From positions 64,001 through 128,000 of the IMG/VR virus record IMGVR_UViG_3300037067_002413: a stretch of DNA of 64,000 nt; one strand, written 5' to 3'. Below the pieces are notes generated by a model, which saw only the letters and a program-made list of their open reading frames with translations, was not told where the DNA came from and ran no database searches. Positions 1 through 9,634 of the stretch are shown in pieces. The DNA comes from a virus (lineage: Duplodnaviria; Caudoviricetes). A program made the position numbers and the translations under genes. How positions within the stretch are numbered: the stretch's first letter is position 1; each line of letters opens with the position of its first letter.

Positions 1-95
1 CCAGGCTGTAACGGTAACATACGCAATGGCAATGCGAACGCCGTGCGGAATATACCGAAGCCCCGCGTTTTCTTAGAAGGCGAGTTGCACCGCTG

Positions 96-494
96 ATGTT
101 TCAACAATATGAAAATGACTTTCAATTTCGTATTAAACTCCCAAATGGGAAATTCATCTATCGGTTGGAAGAGGATGAGGCTGATGCCGTCAAGGAAGCA
201 ATAGCCCAGAAAAAATCAATTCCGCCACCGAAGTATCGTCGTCTATTGCCGTTTGGCGAAGGCGTCGAAGTTGTGGGCGATCGTATTTTTGCCTACTACA
301 AAGGTGCTAATCTTGGAATGTTTCCCACGCTCAAGAAAGCCCTCAAGGCTTGGGATGGCGCGGAACGGTACGAGAGGTTTTCTTTGGAGCAGGAAGCCGA
401 ACAGCAAGCCATTGATAAACGCTACTATTCGGATTTAACTTTTGATGAGAATGGGTACAAGATTTTCAAGCCGAGGCCAGCACCAACACCATGA
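96..494 (+). CDS. hypothetical protein
   Basis: ORF whose stop overlaps the polymerase start (ATGA coupling); no recognisable motif. Confidence 0.6.
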   Translation: MFQQYENDFQFRIKLPNGKFIYRLEEDEADAVKEAIAQKKSIPPPKYRRLLPFGEGVEVVGDRIFAYYKGANLGMFPTLKKALKAWDGAERYERFSLEQEAEQQAIDKRYYSDLTFDENGYKIFKPRPAPTP

Positions 495-3067
495 GTAAAG
501 TTTATCTTGATACAGAGACATGCGGCCTGCATTCGCAGATGGTCTTGCTCCAATATGCAGAGGAAGATGGACCAATTGTTCTGCACGAGGTTTGGCGTCG
601 TCCAATCCACGAGACCCTGGCTATCATTGAATGGCTTTGCCAACATACGGTCGTCGGATTCAATCTGGCATTCGACTGGTTTCACATTGTAAAATGCTAC
701 ACCACGTTTCGACTTGCCGATCCGAATTGGATTCCATGCGAACACATCGAAGAGATAGCGATGCTGGAACCCAAGGGTCAAGATGGACCTTGTGTGAAGC
801 CAGCAAGTGCTCTTGACTTGTTGCTTCATTCCAGGAAGGGTCCATACCAAAGCCTGATGGCTCGTGAAGACATCAGGATTCGGAAAGTTCCCGCCGCACT
901 TGCTTATGCTTTGGCACAGGAACTCGAAGGCCGCATTGAACTTGATGCCATCTACTTTGCCAAGAGTGCCGACAAGGATGCTCCGAAGTGGCAGGTATTT
1001 GATCGTCGAAATAATGACGGAACCGTGGATGCCACGTTCAAGGATGTATGCCTACGATTTAATCCGGCCGGAGGGTTGAAGTTTTTGGCTGAACATGCAA
1101 TGGGATTAAAGCCAAAATACCATTACAAGGATGTTGAACCTGATCCGACATGGCGACCTTACGAAGTTGGATATGCTCCAACCGCCCTGGCTGTCAGCAG
1201 TCCTGAAAAGAATTGGGAAGTTTGGATCGAGAAGGATGGAAAACAGAAACTTGCCGGTCGCGCGTGGCCTGCGGTCATTAGCAAATTCATCGACCACTGG
1301 GCGACTCGACCAGACGCCCGCGATTATGCCTCGGACGATATTGTCTACACGCGAGCACTCGATAAACATTTCGGTTGCCCCACACCTGGCGATGATGACT
1401 CGATTCTTGCTTGCATGGTTCCGGTGATTCGATGGCGTGGATTTACGATCAACATTGAGGGAATGAAAGAACTGTTGGAAAAAGCCAAGGCGGTAGTTGC
1501 TGCCTCGCCGGTCAACATCAATAAACCCGCCGCTGTACGATCCTACATGCTGGAGGTCATGGATGATACTGAAAGCCTAAAGATTCAGGAATCAACGAAG
1601 AAACAGAATCTTGAGAAGGCTGAAAAGTATCAAGTCAAAGCCGATGAACTGATTGACGAGGATGAAGAGGACATCGGCACCGCCGGCACCGAGAATTGGG
1701 ATGGAATTACAGTCCATGAATTCTGCCTCAAGTGCAATGGCACTGGAAAATTGGAGACTGGCACCTGTTTACGATGCGAAGGTCGTGGCTTCCTAAAGCC
1801 GGGTCAAAAACATCCAGCGTCCATTCGGGCGAAGCAATTGCTGGACGTAAAACATGCCGTGAAGGAAGTGGAACTTTATAAGAAACTAATCTTTGCCAAG
1901 AAATTTCACGCAAGTTTCAATATCGTTGGCACGTTAAGCAATCGCATGAGCGGCGGCGATGGATTGAATGCTCAAGGAATTAAGGGGTCGGATGAAGTTC
2001 GGTGCATGTTCCCCTTGGCTTGGCCGGGGTATACCTTATGCGGCGGTGACTTTGATTCATTCGAGGTTACGATTGCCGATGCAGTATACAACGATCCAGA
2101 GTTGCGAAGGACTTTGGTAACGAAGACGCCATGTTATGATTGTGGTGGAACTGGAAAATGTGCAGATAAGAAGTGCAGAAAATGTCATGGCACTGGAACG
2201 CATGAATGCAAAGAATGCGATGGCACCGGCACTGCAACGAAAAAGTTACACGCTCTGTTCGCAATGATTCTCTTCGAGTGTACCTATGAACAAGTCATGG
2301 CGGACAAGGAGAAGTACAAGAAGGGAAAGGGTGGTGTGTTCGCCGAGATTTATGGTGGCAATGAAAAGACACTTGCCCGTAACTTGAGTATTCCTGAATC
2401 CATTGCAAAGAAGGCGCACGAGGATTGGGCAAAGAAATACAAGGGAATCGGAAAGGCTCGTGAACGAACCATCAAAAGGTTTTGTTCGATGAAACAGCCG
2501 GCCGGTATTGGCTCACAAGTGATCTGGGATGAACCGGACGACTTTGTGGAAAGTTTCCTTGGATTTCGACGGTACTTCACCCTGGAGAATAAGATTTGTC
2601 GGGCGTTGTTTGATCTTGCCCGGAAACCTCCCAAGGGCTGGCGTGATAGCAAGATCAAGGTGAATCGTAGTGCATCACGAGTGCAGACCGCCGGCGGTGC
2701 CGTTGCCAGTGCTTTGTATGGTGCGGCATTTCAGATTCAGGCTGCAAACATGCGTGCGGCTGCTAACCACGAGATTCAATCTCCTGGTGGACAGATAACA
2801 AAGCATGTTCAACGGGCAATCTGGGATATTCAGCCAATTGGAGTTCACGAACTTCTGGTTGGACCTATGAACGTGCATGACGAGTTGATGTGTAGCACTC
2901 ATCCCACAGTCATTCACTTGGTTACGGCGGCAGTACGCCAAGTGGTTGAATCCTATCGAGACAAGGTTCCTTTGATCGGCATGAGTTGGTTTGAGGCAAT
3001 GGACAACTGGGCCGAGAAAAAAGACGGTGCCGAGAAGGTGAAGATTCGTGCTCCAGAAATGATGTAA
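491..3067 (+). CDS. polA: family A DNA polymerase with 3'-5' exonuclease domain and CxxCxGxG Zn-finger insertions
   Basis: ExoI LDTET, ExoII FNLAFD, ExoIII YASDD; motif A GGDFDSFE, motif B KGGVFAEIYGG, motif C NVHDEL. Confidence 0.93.
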   Translation: MSKVYLDTETCGLHSQMVLLQYAEEDGPIVLHEVWRRPIHETLAIIEWLCQHTVVGFNLAFDWFHIVKCYTTFRLADPNWIPCEHIEEIAMLEPKGQDGPCVKPASALDLLLHSRKGPYQSLMAREDIRIRKVPAALAYALAQELEGRIELDAIYFAKSADKDAPKWQVFDRRNNDGTVDATFKDVCLRFNPAGGLKFLAEHAMGLKPKYHYKDVEPDPTWRPYEVGYAPTALAVSSPEKNWEVWIEKDGKQKLAGRAWPAVISKFIDHWATRPDARDYASDDIVYTRALDKHFGCPTPGDDDSILACMVPVIRWRGFTINIEGMKELLEKAKAVVAASPVNINKPAAVRSYMLEVMDDTESLKIQESTKKQNLEKAEKYQVKADELIDEDEEDIGTAGTENWDGITVHEFCLKCNGTGKLETGTCLRCEGRGFLKPGQKHPASIRAKQLLDVKHAVKEVELYKKLIFAKKFHASFNIVGTLSNRMSGGDGLNAQGIKGSDEVRCMFPLAWPGYTLCGGDFDSFEVTIADAVYNDPELRRTLVTKTPCYDCGGTGKCADKKCRKCHGTGTHECKECDGTGTATKKLHALFAMILFECTYEQVMADKEKYKKGKGGVFAEIYGGNEKTLARNLSIPESIAKKAHEDWAKKYKGIGKARERTIKRFCSMKQPAGIGSQVIWDEPDDFVESFLGFRRYFTLENKICRALFDLARKPPKGWRDSKIKVNRSASRVQTAGGAVASALYGAAFQIQAANMRAAANHEIQSPGGQITKHVQRAIWDIQPIGVHELLVGPMNVHDELMCSTHPTVIHLVTAAVRQVVESYRDKVPLIGMSWFEAMDNWAEKKDGAEKVKIRAPEMM

Positions 3068-3086
3068 CAGTCTGCATTGGTGACAC

Positions 3087-3497
3087 ATGACAGTCTTTAA
3101 GTTACAAGTTTGGCTTGATGCTCAAAACGCCTATGACGGCGTGCAGTCATTTAGTCCAGATTATGTTTGGACAGTAGAAAAGATTTGGCGGCATTGGTAT
3201 TGCCCGTGGCCGCGAATCGAAATCGGCGTCATTGAGAACATGCGTCCGGCTGAATTAAAGGCTGCCCGCATAGCGATTTTGTATGGACGTATTCGTCGTC
3301 GCAAACAGAAGGTTCGCGTCATGCGGGTTACAGAGATTGATGGTAAAGAGACAAAGACAGTGGTATGGGATAACGGAAAATATCTTGATACCACGATCCT
3401 TCCTTGGTATTGGCGTCTGCTCCGATGGATTTTCGTATCGAAGCCAGCCAAGAAAACTCCAGAGAAAACTCCAGAGAAGAAACCGGAGAAGAAATGA
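3087..3497 (+). CDS. hypothetical protein
   Basis: In-operon ORF with a KTPE-repeat C-terminus. Confidence 0.6.
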   Translation: MTVFKLQVWLDAQNAYDGVQSFSPDYVWTVEKIWRHWYCPWPRIEIGVIENMRPAELKAARIAILYGRIRRRKQKVRVMRVTEIDGKETKTVVWDNGKYLDTTILPWYWRLLRWIFVSKPAKKTPEKTPEKKPEKK

Positions 3498-3688
3498 AAG
3501 TTCGGATTGAGAAGGACATTGTTATACCGGCGGGCATGATCTTGAATGATGCTCCCCGGCGAAGTGTGAGGTATGAACCCTTTGGCGAAGCCTTGATTGG
3601 TTTTGGCAAAGATCATACCGCGAGATTCACCATTGACCTTGACGCCATCAAAGCCCACCCCAGGCAGTTCAAGGTTATTGAAGAGTGA
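3494..3688 (+). CDS. hypothetical protein
   Basis: ATGA/GTGA coupling with both neighbours; start taken at MKVRIEK. Confidence 0.55.
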   Translation: MKVRIEKDIVIPAGMILNDAPRRSVRYEPFGEALIGFGKDHTARFTIDLDAIKAHPRQFKVIEE

Positions 3689-4104
3689 AACGAATCCGGC
3701 GACCTAAGCACGGGCCGGAATGGTATATCCAGCGCGATCTCATTTCCTATCTTAAAACAAGGAAATGGCTCGTTGAAAGAATGGTAGGAAATGCCTTTCA
3801 ATTCGGCATACCTGACCTCTATTGCCACCATCCAAAATGGGGCGGTCGCTGGATCGACGTGAAGAATCCTGGAAAGTATAGCTTCACGCGAGAACAAAAG
3901 ATTAAGTGGCCCGTGTGGGAACAGTTTGGTTGTGGCATTTGGATTCTTACCGCTGCAACGCAAGAAGAATACGACAAGTTGTTTGCGCCGCCTAACTGGC
4001 GCGAGTTCTGGAAAGAGTCTTGGGGTGACGTTCCAGATATTGATGAACTACTTGATGAAATCAACCGTTTGGAGAATGAGCGTGAAACTGCAAACTCAGA
4101 ATGA
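3685..4104 (+). CDS. VRR-NUC / PD-(D/E)XK endonuclease (resolvase-like)
   Basis: E..IQ..L...GIPDL...WIDVK..G....EQ pattern. Confidence 0.75.
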   Translation: MKRIRRPKHGPEWYIQRDLISYLKTRKWLVERMVGNAFQFGIPDLYCHHPKWGGRWIDVKNPGKYSFTREQKIKWPVWEQFGCGIWILTAATQEEYDKLFAPPNWREFWKESWGDVPDIDELLDEINRLENERETANSE

Positions 4105-4570
4105 ACGATGGCAATGTGTGGTTACGGCCGTCGCAATGGTCTTGAACATCGAAGTCCAAGATTTAATCCGCCTGGTGGGTCACGACGGAAGCGAGATTGC
4201 TTTCCCTGATCTTCCTGAGCCAGAGCGGAGACTAGGACACAACATCTATGAGATGATTCGGGTAGCCGTAAACCTCGGCTATGCGGTCACTCCTATCCCG
4301 CTTCGGCCGGCAACCTATCCGGCTAACAATCCTTCGCGGGAAATAGTCATTGGTTCTGTTGAAGGAAATTGGAATGATTTCAGCGGTCAACTTCAACATT
4401 CGCGTGGCGTGATTGAATGTAGTGGTCCCTACGGATACCACGTAGTCGCCTACGATCACGGACGCATTTATGACCCTCGCGGACAAGAATTCTCATACAC
4501 GCGCGAGACCTGCGAACAAAAGAATCTTTACACCTATCGCTTGTGGCGGGTAGATCGGATTACGCCATGA
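4076..4570 (+). CDS. papain-fold (C39-like) protein
   Basis: N-terminal CVVTAVAMVL and C-terminal HVVAYD..IYDP give Cys/His/Asp triad spacing. Confidence 0.5.
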   Translation: MSVKLQTQNERWQCVVTAVAMVLNIEVQDLIRLVGHDGSEIAFPDLPEPERRLGHNIYEMIRVAVNLGYAVTPIPLRPATYPANNPSREIVIGSVEGNWNDFSGQLQHSRGVIECSGPYGYHVVAYDHGRIYDPRGQEFSYTRETCEQKNLYTYRLWRVDRITP

Positions 4571-5322
4571 ATCTAATGAAACCTAGCGATTCAGTTGGCC
4601 GTGGTGAACCATTTACAATAGAACAGAATGATGAAGTCTACAAGCGTTTAGTCGCTGGTGATATAAAGGCACGCGATGAAATGATGGTAGGCAATGTTGC
4701 CTTAGCGATTTACCGTGTTGAGGCTTATCTACGCGGCGCATCACAGATGTCTTATTATAGGGATGAAATGATTTCGGCCGGCATATTGGGACTTTGCAGT
4801 GCAGTCGAACGTATGCAGAAAAGGGGCATAGTTAAAAATCCGAAACCGACAGGTTGTATCACAAAGGCAATTGATAGGTATATTTCGCATTGTGCGGATG
4901 AGGCCAACACGATTGTCGTATCAAGTCGTGTTCAACAGATGGCAAGAGCGGTAGGTGAACCCATAATTCTGCCACATACGGTGTCGGAAAAGACACTGAT
5001 TAGCGTTGATGATACTTCGATTCGTGATAGGGAAGAAGTATCTGAACTCAAAGAAGAAGCGTTGGCATGTTGCAAGGATGAAGTCGAAAAAACAATTGTA
5101 ACCATGCGAGTAGATGGATATACCGATGCACAAATCGGAAAATCACTTAATCTTGTAAGACGGCGCGTCTCCCGTTTACGACAGGATATTTTTAAGCGTT
5201 TCAATGAACGCTGTCCTGAATACAAAGAAACGGAACGTGCCAAAATCAAAAGACTGACTAAAGAAACCTACGAAAAGGCTAAACGAGCGACAAAGAAATC
5301 CGTCAAGGAGACTGCCAAATGA
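4567..5322 (+). CDS. sigma70-family RNA polymerase sigma factor
   Basis: GDIKARDEMMVGNVALA / DEMISAGILGLCSAVER (region 2) and YTDAQIGKSLNLVRRRVSRL (region 4 HTH). Confidence 0.8.
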   Translation: MNLMKPSDSVGRGEPFTIEQNDEVYKRLVAGDIKARDEMMVGNVALAIYRVEAYLRGASQMSYYRDEMISAGILGLCSAVERMQKRGIVKNPKPTGCITKAIDRYISHCADEANTIVVSSRVQQMARAVGEPIILPHTVSEKTLISVDDTSIRDREEVSELKEEALACCKDEVEKTIVTMRVDGYTDAQIGKSLNLVRRRVSRLRQDIFKRFNERCPEYKETERAKIKRLTKETYEKAKRATKKSVKETAK

Positions 5323-5879
5323 TTGACAATGTTCTGCTAGACATAGATGGAGTTTGCAACAGATTTCATTATCATGTCTTCAATCATTTCGGACTTCCGT
5401 ACCATGACGACTCGTATTATCCAGTGGAATGCGGTTGGGATATGGTTGCCGCTGCGAATAAGTTAGCTGGGTGTAATCGGTTTACGACAACCAGTTTTTG
5501 GAAGTCGATTACGCGAGAGGTTTGGGCGACCGCTCCGGTATCCGAGGAATTCGATCTGTTACTCGAATGGTCTAAAGATCAAGTGGGACAGGAACATATC
5601 TTCTTTCTGACCAGTCCGACTCTTGATGCCGATAGTGTCGCCGGGAAACTCGAATGGATTCAACGATGTGCCCCAAAATGGATGCACCGTCAGTACATGA
5701 TTGGCCCGCCGAAGCATTTACTTGCTAGATCGAATGCGTTGCTTTTTGACGACAGCGACAAGAACGTGAAGGCATTTAAGGAACATGACGGCGAGAGCGT
5801 CTTGATTCCTAGACCGTGGAATTCAATGCACGGTAAAAACGTAATTGAATATCTCGAAGAAGTTTTACCTTGGTTCTAA
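5319..5879 (+). CDS. 5'(3')-deoxyribonucleotidase (HAD)
   Basis: LLDIDGV, LTSP, K.EW, LFDD..KN, PRPWN motifs. Confidence 0.8.
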   Translation: MIDNVLLDIDGVCNRFHYHVFNHFGLPYHDDSYYPVECGWDMVAAANKLAGCNRFTTTSFWKSITREVWATAPVSEEFDLLLEWSKDQVGQEHIFFLTSPTLDADSVAGKLEWIQRCAPKWMHRQYMIGPPKHLLARSNALLFDDSDKNVKAFKEHDGESVLIPRPWNSMHGKNVIEYLEEVLPWF

Positions 5880-5900
5880 CTTAATTCATAAGGTCTAAAA

Positions 5901-6155
5901 ATGACAAAGAAAAATTCTCCGTTGGTTTTGACAAAAGCGATTCGTGATCGTTTCACAAAGAGTGCAGAGTCTAAGGCTTTGCGAGATGAAATAGCTCTGG
6001 CTCGTTTTGCCTTGGAGTCTCTCGTGAACACAGCGGACAATGGGCACAATTTGTATATGAGGGCATCTGCCATTGACAGTTTGCTCAACACCATCCTAAG
6101 ACTCGTTGAAGCAAACGCTCGAATTGAGAGTCGGCAATTCCTCACAAAGAAATAA
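5901..6155 (+). CDS. hypothetical protein
   Basis: In-operon ORF with RBS. Confidence 0.5.
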   Translation: MTKKNSPLVLTKAIRDRFTKSAESKALRDEIALARFALESLVNTADNGHNLYMRASAIDSLLNTILRLVEANARIESRQFLTKK

Positions 6156-6157
6156 TC

Positions 6158-6331
6158 ATGCCAATTCAACGAACGACGAAGAATGGAAAGCCGGCGTATC
6201 AATATGGTTCCGAAGGAGCCAAGTATGCCTACATTCCTGGAAACCCGGCAAGCCGCAAGGCTGCCAAAGCGAAGGCTATTAAGCAGGCCCTTGCGATACA
6301 GAATCGCTCTGGACAACCTGCACATTTTTAA
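6158..6331 (+). CDS. small basic protein (57 aa, MPIQRTTKNGKPAYQYG...)
   Basis: Translated by hand (below the ORF-track cutoff); fills the gap exactly. Confidence 0.6.
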   Translation: MPIQRTTKNGKPAYQYGSEGAKYAYIPGNPASRKAAKAKAIKQALAIQNRSGQPAHF

Positions 6332-6551
6332 CCCATAGGAGTGCTAAACATGGCACCGAAAGCGACCGTGAAGAAACCGACCAAGGGAACGACCAAGGGA
6401 ACGACCAAGGGAACGACCAAGGGAACGAAGGCTACCAAGGGCGGCATGAAGGCTGGCGGCAAAGGCTGTTAGTCAAGAAGGCTACTAAGCAGACCCTTGC
6501 GGTACATAACCGCTCTGGAAAATCTGCACATTTTTAACCCCATAGGAGTGC
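6271..6551 (+). repeat. ~74-bp imperfect direct repeat (6271-6344, 6477-6551), each copy ending in an AGGAG RBS
   Basis: gaaggcta(t/c)taagcag(g/a)cccttgcg...ctgcacatttttaaccc(c)ataggagtgc occurs twice. Confidence 0.9.
6350..6472 (+). CDS. Lys/Thr-rich histone H1-like peptide (40 aa, TKGT repeats)
   Basis: AGGAG RBS; MAPKATVKKPTKGTTKGTTKGTTKGTKATKGGMKAGGKGC; 12-bp gaccaagggaac tandem repeat. Confidence 0.65.
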   Translation: MAPKATVKKPTKGTTKGTTKGTTKGTKATKGGMKAGGKGC

Positions 6552-6556
6552 CCAGA

Positions 6557-6739
6557 ATGGCACGCAGTACGAAGACGGCGGGCAAGCCCGCCACCAAGAA
6601 GGCCACCAAGGCCACCGTGAAGAAGTCCACCACGAAGAAGTCCACCAAGGGCACCAAGAAGGTTACCAAGGCTCGCACGGCGAAAGTCGCCACGCAGTTG
6701 CCTCCGGCTTCGATGGCCAGTGCTGGCATGATGATCTAA
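6557..6739 (+). CDS. Lys/Thr/Ala-rich histone H1-like peptide (60 aa)
   Basis: AGGAG RBS; MARSTKTAGKPATKKATKATVKKSTTKK... Confidence 0.65.
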   Translation: MARSTKTAGKPATKKATKATVKKSTTKKSTKGTKKVTKARTAKVATQLPPASMASAGMMI

Positions 6740-6748
6740 ATCGTCAAA

Positions 6749-6822
6749 GCCAGCGTACCTCAATTGGATAGAGCCGCTGACCTCTAATCAGCGCGTTGTA
6801 GGTTCGAGTCCTGCCGCTGGCT
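6749..6822 (+). tRNA. tRNA-Arg(TCT), atypical C33
   Basis: Acceptor gccagcg/cgctggc; anticodon stem gctga/tcagc with loop cc-TCT-aa; T-arm gtagg-ttcgagt-cctgc; A20 in D-loop. Confidence 0.8.
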
Positions 6823-6838
6823 TCTTAGGAGAATTCTA

Positions 6839-7837
6839 ATGGATATTAAAGCAGAAGTGTTGATGCGCAACATGCCTGATGACACGTTACTGGAAAATGT
6901 TGAGTATGTACTTAGTAGGGCAGCGGCAGAGTGGCTTGACCTGGATCATCATCCACAGGATTTGGAAGTTCGAGTAAACACGAATGTCCCATTGCTTGGT
7001 CAAGCCTTGAACACGATAGAAAAAGGCGTTGATCTGAGACCGCCCCAGAAGGCTCCGATTTATGCAATCAGCGATTTGCACATGGGGGACGGTGGGCCTC
7101 GTGACAATTTTTCCTATTATGGATTACGCGAGAAGTATCTGATGTCCTTCCTCGATTTTGTTGAGGAGAATAACGGACAACTTGTGATCTGCGGCGACTT
7201 ATTCGAGTTGTGGCAGAGCAATATAAGCAAGGTACTGACGAAACGTATTTGGTTACTCGATCGTCTGGCAAGGATGCAGGCTATCTACATTCTTGGAAAT
7301 CACGACGCCGATCTTCGATATTTCCTTGGACAACCAGGTTGGCTTACGCATCCGTTCTTCGAGCGAATGTGCAACGGTTGTCATCTGAATCTTGGTGGCA
7401 AATCATTCGAGTTTATTCATGGGCACGAGGCTGATCCATATTGCGTCAGTGATACGCCGGGGTTGGGTCGAATAACAGCCATCTATTCTGGACTTGCCGA
7501 AGACCGCAACGGCGGCCCGATGTTCGATGAATATACCACAGTAGAACAGAAGGTAATTGGTCCTCTGGAGCGAGTCGTAAGCGTGTTGAATTGGTTTCGT
7601 GGAAAACCTGACCGATTCACAGAGATCAATCGCAATCTTCGAGACCTTTTGGTATCCGACGTTTTGATTTGCGGGCATACCCACCATCCTGGAAGAATTG
7701 CCGGTTGGCATTACAACTGTGGCACTTGGGCTGAGGAAACGAATAGTTTCCTTTGCATCCAGCGAGACGGCACCGTTGGCGCATTTGATTGGAAAAACAA
7801 TCAGGCAATTCCAAATGATTCGGAGCTTCCGATATGA
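6839..7837 (+). CDS. calcineurin-like metallophosphoesterase (LpxH-like)
   Basis: SDLH, GDLFELW, GNHD, HGH, GHTH motifs. Confidence 0.85.
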   Translation: MDIKAEVLMRNMPDDTLLENVEYVLSRAAAEWLDLDHHPQDLEVRVNTNVPLLGQALNTIEKGVDLRPPQKAPIYAISDLHMGDGGPRDNFSYYGLREKYLMSFLDFVEENNGQLVICGDLFELWQSNISKVLTKRIWLLDRLARMQAIYILGNHDADLRYFLGQPGWLTHPFFERMCNGCHLNLGGKSFEFIHGHEADPYCVSDTPGLGRITAIYSGLAEDRNGGPMFDEYTTVEQKVIGPLERVVSVLNWFRGKPDRFTEINRNLRDLLVSDVLICGHTHHPGRIAGWHYNCGTWAEETNSFLCIQRDGTVGAFDWKNNQAIPNDSELPI

Positions 7838-8121
7838 CGTTGTTTATTCTTGCCGTAATTGGCATGACTCATATTGTCGTTGACAGCGAAATTATGGAAC
7901 CAGTCGAAACTTGGGCAGAGGATTGGCTTCCGTCTAAGTTGCACTATGCCTTGTTCAACTGTTATCAGTGTTCAGGATTCTGGTGCGGCGTGATGCTAGG
8001 ATTGCTGATCGTAAGTTTCAATCCATTTGTTGTGTTTGCCTGTGGATGTGCTGGCAGTTTTCTTGCGGACTTTAGCGAAACCATTTTTCAATCTCTTGAA
8101 GGATTACACCATGCGTCGTGA
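7834..8121 (+). CDS. small membrane protein with CxxC (DUF1360-like)
   Basis: Hydrophobic segments flanking NCYQCSGFW. Confidence 0.55.
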   Translation: MTLFILAVIGMTHIVVDSEIMEPVETWAEDWLPSKLHYALFNCYQCSGFWCGVMLGLLIVSFNPFVVFACGCAGSFLADFSETIFQSLEGLHHAS

Positions 8122-9196
8122 GTTTCTCCAACTGGCTGACACTTTCAATCCAGCCAAACATAAGATCGCCGGCTACCTCGTGAGCGAGAAGTTGGACGGA
8201 ACAAGATGCTTTTGGGATGGCGGTCTGAGCCGTGGCGTGAAGACAGAACAAATACCGTGGGCGAGTATCACAGACCCGAAAACAGGTAAGAGAAAATCCA
8301 AACTCAAGCCGCTTGCCACGGGTCTGTGGTCTCGATACGGTAATCCAATCATGGCTCCAGATGATTTTCTGAATGCTCTGCCTTCGTGTCCATTGGACGG
8401 CGAACTGTGGGCTGGTCGTGGGAATTTTCAACTTTGCCGATCAATTTGCGGCGGCGATGAACCTGATCCGCGATTTCACCAAATCACCTATGCGGTTTAC
8501 AGTGCGCCAGCCATTCCTTACGTTTTCGGAACGGGCGAGATCAAAAATACCAATATGGTATGCGATCTCAACTTCGAGGCGATTGAGAAATGGATCACGC
8601 CTCGTCTGGTTCCAGGTTACGGATGGGTCAAGACGCCCGCAACCTTCAATGACGAATTGATGTTTCTCCGCGAATACTTGGAAGTACAAAACGATCGAGT
8701 GTTTGTCCACAAGCAGGTTCGACTACCCGAGAATGAAGAGGAAGCAAGAGCCGTCGTGGACAAGTTCCTTGACAATGTGTTGAGTCAGGGCGGCGAAGGT
8801 TGCGTTATACGAAATCCAATGGCATCCTGGACGCCCAAGAGACACAAGGGATTGCTCAAGTTCAAGCCTTTCAGCGATGCTGAATCGACCGTTACTGGGT
8901 TCACAACCGGCCGTGAGACAGACAAGGGCAGCCGACTTCTTGGAAGAATCGGTGCCTTGATTACGAACTATGACGGCAAACGATTGGAACTTGCTGGTCT
9001 TACGGATGCCGAACGCGAGTTCACAAATCAAGAAGCCGTGGAATGGGCAAGGAGCAATCCGGGGCAAGATGCGCCGGAATGGGTCGATGGCAAACAGTTC
9101 AAGAAGGGTCAGAGCGTTACCTTCAAGTATCGAGAACTTACGGATGACGGGATTCCAAAGGAGGCCCGTTATTGGCGACGAAGGGACGTGGAATGA
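8111..9196 (+). CDS. lig: ATP-dependent DNA ligase
   Basis: SEKLDG motif I, LDGELW, GGEG, LLKFKP and a C-terminal OB-fold. Confidence 0.9.
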   Translation: MRREFLQLADTFNPAKHKIAGYLVSEKLDGTRCFWDGGLSRGVKTEQIPWASITDPKTGKRKSKLKPLATGLWSRYGNPIMAPDDFLNALPSCPLDGELWAGRGNFQLCRSICGGDEPDPRFHQITYAVYSAPAIPYVFGTGEIKNTNMVCDLNFEAIEKWITPRLVPGYGWVKTPATFNDELMFLREYLEVQNDRVFVHKQVRLPENEEEARAVVDKFLDNVLSQGGEGCVIRNPMASWTPKRHKGLLKFKPFSDAESTVTGFTTGRETDKGSRLLGRIGALITNYDGKRLELAGLTDAEREFTNQEAVEWARSNPGQDAPEWVDGKQFKKGQSVTFKYRELTDDGIPKEARYWRRRDVE

Positions 9197-9633
9197 CAGA
9201 GACGTTAGAGACAGATTACTTGGTAGATGCGATCAGAATAGGGCAGTCGATTCAGAGTTCTTACGATGCTGTCATAGAGCAGTTAAACCAACTCGATGTC
9301 TCTTGTCTCCCTTACGTTGAGGTAACAAACCGGGATGTAAATAAAAATCTTGCAGCATATTCGTGCGTGTACTTTTTGGTTGACAAAGGGAAGTACGAAT
9401 ATGTTGTAAAGTATGTCGGTAAGACAACGAACCTGCATAACCGATGGAATTACCCAAGACGATCTTTATTTGGGCAACCTCATGCGTGTTTTGAGCGATG
9501 TGTAAGTTGGCTCGAACGATATGGTAGGGCTATTCGTATTGCTTGGATTCCTATTGAGCGTCAGTTTCTTGCAGCTACGGAGATGTTTTTGATTGACCGT
9601 TTTGACCCACCTTGGAATGTCCATAAGGCATAA
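9193..9633 (+). CDS. GIY-YIG nuclease domain protein
   Basis: CVYFL...KYVGKT.NL..RW...H...E..LI....P.WN. Confidence 0.7.
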   Translation: MTETLETDYLVDAIRIGQSIQSSYDAVIEQLNQLDVSCLPYVEVTNRDVNKNLAAYSCVYFLVDKGKYEYVVKYVGKTTNLHNRWNYPRRSLFGQPHACFERCVSWLERYGRAIRIAWIPIERQFLAATEMFLIDRFDPPWNVHKA

Positions 9634-9634
9634 A

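Noticed and set aside
1724-2230. Inteins in the polymerase
   Set aside because: The insertions are short Cys-rich Zn fingers without C/S...HN splice junctions or LAGLIDADG motifs
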